DNA from: Octopus bimaculoides
Lineage: Eukaryota
Direction: 5' to 3'
Length of the DNA stretch: 55,809 nt
NCBI RefSeq assembly: GCF_001194135.2
Contig: NC_068985.1
Coordinates: forward strand, 95,668,803 to 95,724,611
Every line of letters begins with the position of its first letter. Positions within the stretch are counted from its first letter, which is position 1. The notes under the pieces were generated by a model. That model was not told the DNA's origin, made no database searches, and saw only the letters and a program-made list of their open reading frames with translations. This document shows, in pieces, positions 49,281-55,809 of this stretch. The translations under genes and the position numbers were made by a program.

Positions 49281-49930
49281 CATCATCATCATCATTGTTT
49301 AACGTCCACTTTCCATGCTGGCATGGGTTGGACGGTTTGACTGAGGACTGGCGAACCAGAAGGCTGCACCAGGCTCCAATCTATTCTGGCAGAGTTTCTA
49401 CAGCTGGATGCCCTTCCTAACGCCAACCACTCTGAGAGTGTAGTGGGTGTTTTTACATGCCACTTGGCATGAGGGCCAGTCACGCAGTACTGGCAACGGC
49501 CATGCTCAAAATGGTGTTTTTTACATGCCACCTGTACAGGAGCCAGTCCAGCGGCACTGGCAACGACCTCGCTCAAATGATTTTCTAACATGCCACCAGC
49601 ACAAGTGCCAGTAAGGCGACGCTAGTAACGATCATGCTCAAATGGTGCTATTTACGTGCCACGAGCACGGAAGCCAGACAGCTGCTCTGGCAATGATCAT
49701 GCTCGGACGGTGCTGTTAGTGCCCCAGGAGAGGTTGGCATGGGTGCCAGTCGTCAAATTTGGTTCGATTTCGATTTCGATTTCAATTCAGTTGCCTCAAC
49801 AGGTCTTTGGAAGCAGAGTTTAGTGTCCCATGAAGTAAAGATACGAATAAGTGAGCTGGCTACACTTCAGGCAGAGGCCACAGATTATGCTCTCACTTGG
49901 CTTGCCGGGTCTTCTCATGCACTGCATGTT
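49281..49930 (-). mobile_element. Family C, longest copy (~650 bp) with ~66-bp internal modules
   Basis: acRtgccac recurs at 49455, 49523, 49588 and 49654; no tRNA A/B boxes seen at the 5' end. Confidence 0.88.
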
Positions 49931-50249
49931 GTTTTACATATATGCTTGTACACAGTCAGGTGTACAGACGAACAAATTGAAATGCAAAAACTGAAATAAT
50001 AAATTGAAAGTTTGGTAATTGCGTTTATTTCCACCACGCGACACTTATGAGATCAACGTGTTGTCTATTGAAAGAGTGCTCTTTGGTATATGAGAGCCCC
50101 TATACTCCAAAACGCCTCCCCCCCACCTTGAGCTCCAAATGGCCCCTGTTGAGAACATTTGTTTTAAATAAAAAAATAACACATTGGTTACTGGAAAAAC
50201 AGATGCCTCAAAATAACAAGGCTGGTCATGTTTGGAAAGTATCAATTGA

Positions 50250-50330
50250 CCTGGGGACGGGGGCAGTCGATTAGATTGATCTCCAGTATGACACTGGTAC
50301 TTAATTTATTGACCCCCCCCNNNNNNNNNN

Positions 50331-50386
<56 letters not shown>

Positions 50387-50572
50387 CCCCCACCATCGCT
50401 TGACAACCGATGTTAGTGTATTTACCTCCCAGTAACTTAACGGTTCGGCAAAGGGGCTTTGATAAACACGTACTAGGTTTACAAGGAATAAGTCCTGGGG
50501 TCGATTTGTTCGACTAGAAAGCGGTGCTCCATCATGGCCGCAATCACATGACTGAAACAAGTGAAAGAGTAA
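50250..50572. mobile_element. SINE B fragment (-, 50250-50318) and SINE A 3' half (+, 50385-50572)
   Basis: Align to their consensuses. Confidence 0.8.
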
Positions 50573-50675
50573 ATGTGTAATATATATATATATACTTACA
50601 TTTTGTATGTCATCACCATCATCGTGCTGGACATTAAATGATGACAATTGTAGCAGTGATGATGTTGATAATGAT

Positions 50676-50712
<37 letters not shown>

Positions 50713-50801
50713 GCATACATGCATACACACACTTATATACAGGTATACAGACACACGAACAACAAACACACATACACACACGTGTGTAAGTGTAAACATA
50801 A

Positions 50802-50858
<57 letters not shown>

Positions 50859-51357
50859 CATAATAAGGTTGGCGAGATAAGCACACACGTACTAAATGTA
50901 TATACGCAGTCAGCAGATGTCAGTCAGCGATAATGTTTCTAGATTTATTTTCTATTGAGGTTCATTCATAAATCTTTTACACTACTGCTTTAATCTCCAC
51001 ATCTGTTTGCGCACATATATTTGTATGGAGGTCTATGTGTACAGCCTCGTGTGTTAGTAATAGTCAGGCTATATACATATATATACATATAAACATAATT
51101 AAAATTAGGGTTCGTCTGGGTGATATATTATGGTAGTGAAATAGTAGTTTTAACTGCTATTTCTAAATTTCGGTGTGTCGTGAAGCAATTTTTTGCTGAA
51201 CCATAATTTTAATTATGTTTATAATTATAAAACTTTTGTATAAGTTTACCGATAATGGTTTTTTAACACACTAAACTACTTGGCAAAATTATTAATTATT
51301 AATTAATTATTACCCTATATCTGTAAGAATCATATATATATATATATATATATATAT

Positions 51358-52158
51358 TTATTTATTCTTTTATTTGTTTCAGTCATTTGACTGCGGCCAT
51401 GCTGGAGCACCGCCTTTGGTCGAACAAATCCACCCCAGGACTTATTCTTTGTAAGCCTAGTACTTATTCTAGCGGTCTCTTTAGCCAACCAAACTAAGTT
51501 ACGGGGACGTAAACACACCAACATTGGTTGTCAAGCGATGGTGGTGGGGACAAACACAGACACGCAAACATACATACATACATACATCATCATAGTTTAA
51601 CGTCCATGCTAGCATGGGTTGGACGATTTGACTGAGGACTGGCAAGCCAGAAGGCTGCACCAGGCCCCAATCTGATCTGGTAGAGTTTCTACAGCTGGAT
51701 GCCCTTCCTAACACCAACCACTCTCAGAGTGCAGTGGGTGCTTGCCACCGGCATGAGGGCCAGTCACACGGTACAGGTAACGGCCACGCTCAAAAAGGTG
51801 TTTTTTATGTGCCACCTGCACAGGAGCCAGTCCAGCGGCACTGGCAACGACCTCACTCGAATTTTTTTCTAACGTGCCACCAGCACAAGTGCTAGAAAGC
51901 AACGCTGGTAACGATTACGCTCAAATGGTGCTATTTAGGGGCCACTAGCACGGAAGCCAGACAGCTGCTCTGGCAATGAACACGCTCGACAGTGCTGTTA
52001 GTGCTCCACTGGCGCGATGTCAGTCATCGGGTATGGTTCAAATACGATTTCACTTGCCCCAACAGGTCTTCGCAAGCAGAGTTTTAGTGTCTTCAGTCAA
52101 ATTGTTCACTCCATGCTAGCATGGAAAGCGGACGTTAAACGATGATGATGATGATGAT
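51358..52158. mobile_element. SINE A 3' half (-, 51358-51562), family C (-, 51588-52090) and inverted C 3' end (+, 52093-52158)
   Basis: Align to their consensuses. Confidence 0.88.
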
Positions 52159-52165
52159 ATATATA

Positions 52166-52352
52166 TCCTTTTCTCTTGGACTTTCCTCTGTCTCCTGTTT
52201 TTGAATTAGAGCTTTGTGCCCAAAATGTAAAACTACCTTTCTTTCCTTCCCTGAGCGTCTGCTAATACTTTGCATGTACCACGTCTTCGCGTTGTTGTTT
52301 TTTTCTTGTGTTTTTTCTTCGTTTTTGGGGAATTAACTATATATATATATAT
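52166..52352 (+). mobile_element. Decayed relative of the 25233-25430 hammerhead-bearing repeat
   Basis: Shares cctgagcgt..ctaatac..gtcttcg..gttgttttt; eroded motif at 52197-52233. Confidence 0.45.
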
Positions 52353-53308
52353 ATCGACTTTAAAAAGAGTTCAAAACTGATCCATTGAAAATACTTTATT
52401 ATAATAATAATAACAATAATAATAAAAATGACCTATGCAATATCCAGAATGATTAATACATATTATAAAATATTATAAAATGTCATAAAATATGGGATAC
52501 TCCATCTCCTCGGGGTTCCACATATATATATGNNNNNNNNNNNNNNNNNNNNNNNNNNNNNNNNNNNNNNNNNNNNNNNNNNNNNNNNNNNNNNNNNNNN
52601 NNNNNNNNNNNNNNNNNNNNNNNNNNNNNNNNNNNNNNNNNNNNNNNNNNNNNNNNNNNNNNNNNNNNNNNNNNNNNNNNNNNNNNNNNNNNNNNNNNNN
52701 NNNNNNNNNNNNNNNNNNNNNNNNNNNNNNNNNNNNNNNNNNNNNNNNNNNNNNNNNNNNNNNNNNNNNNNNNNNNNNNNNNNNNNNNNNNNNNNNNNNN
52801 NNNNNNNNNNNNNNNNNNNNNNNNNNNNNNNNNNNNNNNNNNNNNNNNNNNNNNNNNNNNNNNNNNNNNNNNNNNNNNNNNNNNNNNNNNNNNNNNNNNN
52901 NNNNNNNNNNNNNNNNNNNNNNNNNNNNNNNNNNNNNNNNNNNNNNNNNNNNNNNNNNNNNNNNNNNNNNNNNNNNNNNNNNNNNNNNNNNNNNNNNNNN
53001 NNNNNNNNNNNNNNNNNNNNNNNNNNNNNNNNNNNNNNNNNNNNNNNNNNNNNNNNNNNNNNNNNNNNNNNNNNNNNNNNNNNNNNNNNNNNNNNNNNNN
53101 NNNNNNNNNNNNNNNNNNNNNNNNNNNNNNNNNNNNNNNNNNNNNNNNNNNNNNNNNNNNNNNNNNNNNNNNNNNNNNNNNNNNNNNNNNNNNNNNNNNN
53201 NNNNNNNNNNNNNNNNNNNNNNNNNNNNNNNNNNNNNNNNNNNNNNNNNNNNNNNNNNNNNNNNNNNNNNNNNNNNNNNNNNNNNNNNNNNNNNNNNNNN
53301 NNNNNNNN

Positions 53309-55240
53309 CACCTCCACCACCTCCACCACCTCCACCACCATCACCACCGACCACACCTCCACCCCACCCACCCCGTTTTATTCAATTCTCTCTTTTCTTT
53401 TATTTACCACTCCCCTTCTCAATCCACCCTCCCTCCCTCTTCTCTTACCTCTCCCACCACCACCACCACCACCACCATACCATTCATATCTCAATATATT
53501 TGTCATTTACAAAGAATTGCTCCTTTGATGTTTTTTTTGTTTTGTTTTGTTTACTGTTTTGTGTTTTTTTTTGTTGTTAAAAGCATCTAGAACGACCTGA
53601 CCTGCACATGTTTACTATTACCTCAACCACAACCATCACTACTACTACTACTACCTCAACCACCACCATTACTACTACTACTACCACTACTACAACTACC
53701 ACCTCGACCATCACTACTACAACTACCACCTCGACCATCACTACTACTACTACTACCTCAACCACCACCACTACTACTACTACCTCAACCACCACCACTA
53801 CTACTACTACTACTACAACAATTACTAACTCTCTCACTACTACCACCTCAACCACCACCACTACCACCACTACCACCACTGCTACTACTACCTCAACCAT
53901 CACCAACACCATTATTACTACTACCTTAACCATCACTACCACACCTACTACTACTATCACAACCACTATCATTATTACTACTATAACCATTACTAACACA
54001 ACTACTACCACTGCAACACCTACTACTAGCACCACTACACCACCTTTACTACTGCCATCACAACCTCCAAAATCCACCCTACAACAACACCACCACCACC
54101 ACCTCTACCATCATAAGTTTGACCACTGCTCCTCCACTGGTCATGCGTTGGTCAAGATTAAACCTCCAGCCACAACCACAACCACCACTACTACTACTAC
54201 CTCAACCACCACCATTACTACTACTACTACTACCACTACTACAACTACTACTGCTACAACTACCACTTCGACCATCACTACTACTACTACTACTACCACC
54301 ACAACTACCACCACCACAACTACCACCACCACTACTACTACAATTACTACCTCTATCACTACTATTACCATCACTACTACCACCTCAATCCAACAACAGC
54401 AACAACAACAAAAGGAACCAGTTCAGGCCACTTTTACAACCCTGGTAATCACCACCATCACCACCGCTACCACCGCTACCACAGCAACCACTACCACCAC
54501 TACAACTATGTCAATACTATCATCTTTATGGAATTGTTTCAGAATGACAATGGAAAGCACTCACCACCCCTGGTGTTCGATCTTACCTCCTGGCCCCACA
54601 CACACACCACACTCCCACCCCGTTTTCATACCCGACCCCAGAGTCACTCCTTCCTACACTACCACCACAGCTACTACAGCATACCACCAAAAACTTTCTT
54701 TACTACCACCACCACCTTATCACTTACACTATTGCAGCATATAACACCACCATTACCACCACTTCTACCATCATCGCTACTACCGTGACCACCACCACCT
54801 TCTCTGCCATCACCACCACACCACCACCTCTACCATCATCACCACCACCTCTACTATCACCACCACCACAACCTCTACCATCATCACCATCACCACCACC
54901 TCTACCATCATCACCATCACCACCACCACTACCACCTCTACTATCACCACTACCACCACCGCCACCACCATCATCACCACTATCACCGCCACCACCACCA
55001 CCACCATCACCACTGCCATTACCACATTCACCACCACCAGTACAACTGCCATCATCACCATCAGCATCACCACTTTCACTAAAATCAACCAATACCACCA
55101 TCTCAACCATTAAAACTATTACCACTACTACTACTACTACCACCGAAACCATCTTCACTGCCACCACATACCACATTCTGTACTCACCACCACCACCACC
55201 AACAACAACAACATCATCATCATCATCTCACGCACAGCTC
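53309..55240. repeat. Long cryptic (ACT/ACC/CAT)n low-complexity region
   Basis: Direct reading; source of the Thr/Pro/Val-rich ORFs. Confidence 0.92.
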
Positions 55241-55389
55241 TTCAAACTGGGGCATTCATCTGCATCTATGAAGCATTGTATAATATGTCTGATTTGTCAG
55301 ATGTTCTATGAGGAAATAGGTGGAAGGGGGGAGTGAGAGAGAGGCACACAGAGATAAAGGGAGAGGGAGAGAGATAGAGAGAGGGAGAG

Positions 55390-55430
<41 letters not shown>

Positions 55431-55809
55431 TTTTAGGGTGGGGGTGGAAACTAGACTGATTGAGAGACAATTGACAGGAAGAGAGGTAGGGAGAGGAGTA
55501 GAGTATATATATATATATATAAAGAGGAGAGAGAGATGTGAAGAAGGGAGAATGCCTAATGCCTAATGAGAAGACAAACATACCCACATGCATACATACA
55601 CACACATGCACACCATACACATACACACACATGCACACCATACACACACACACATACATACATGCATAATACATACATACATATATACATACACACATAC
55701 ACACCACATACATAGATATATATATGCATTCATGCATGCATACATACATTCACACACATACATACTGATAGATGCACACACATACAGACACACACACACA
55801 CATACATGC

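Noticed and set aside
53608-54744. 378-aa Thr-rich mucin-like ORF
   Set aside because: ACY triplets cannot give stops in this frame; the repeat phase shifts (poly-H, poly-Q) and no splice or signal context was found; similar tracts recur at 47951-48520

Overview
Eukaryotic, AT-rich, repeat-saturated draft scaffold with many N gaps (e.g. 8621-9059, 20578-21168, 33945-34750, 52533-53308). The SINE families look like those of coleoid cephalopods, most likely Octopus (recognised from memory, not database-checked). No complete protein-coding gene is supportable. Almost every ORF in the supplied track is a microsatellite, gap or SINE read-through. Main contents: (1) dozens of copies of a few SINE-like families, labelled A, B, C, D, F and G here because I cannot assign published names; (2) 3' fragments of RTE, CR1 and R4/Dong-like LINEs; (3) hAT, mariner and piggyBac-type MITEs, some with clean TSDs; (4) a few isolated candidate exons and one promoter-like island. 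The most interesting signal is a set of minimal type I hammerhead-ribozyme motifs in four unrelated repeat families. Three of the four families occur as head-to-head inverted pairs, the geometry known for Penelope-like elements (PLEs). Family D joins a tRNA-derived Pol III head to a hammerhead-bearing 3' end with no simple-repeat tail. One inverted D composite lies inside a single 13-bp TSD. I infer a hammerhead-carrying SINE mobilised by PLE machinery. Repeat boundaries are approximate (about +/-10 nt) unless a TSD or motif fixes them.
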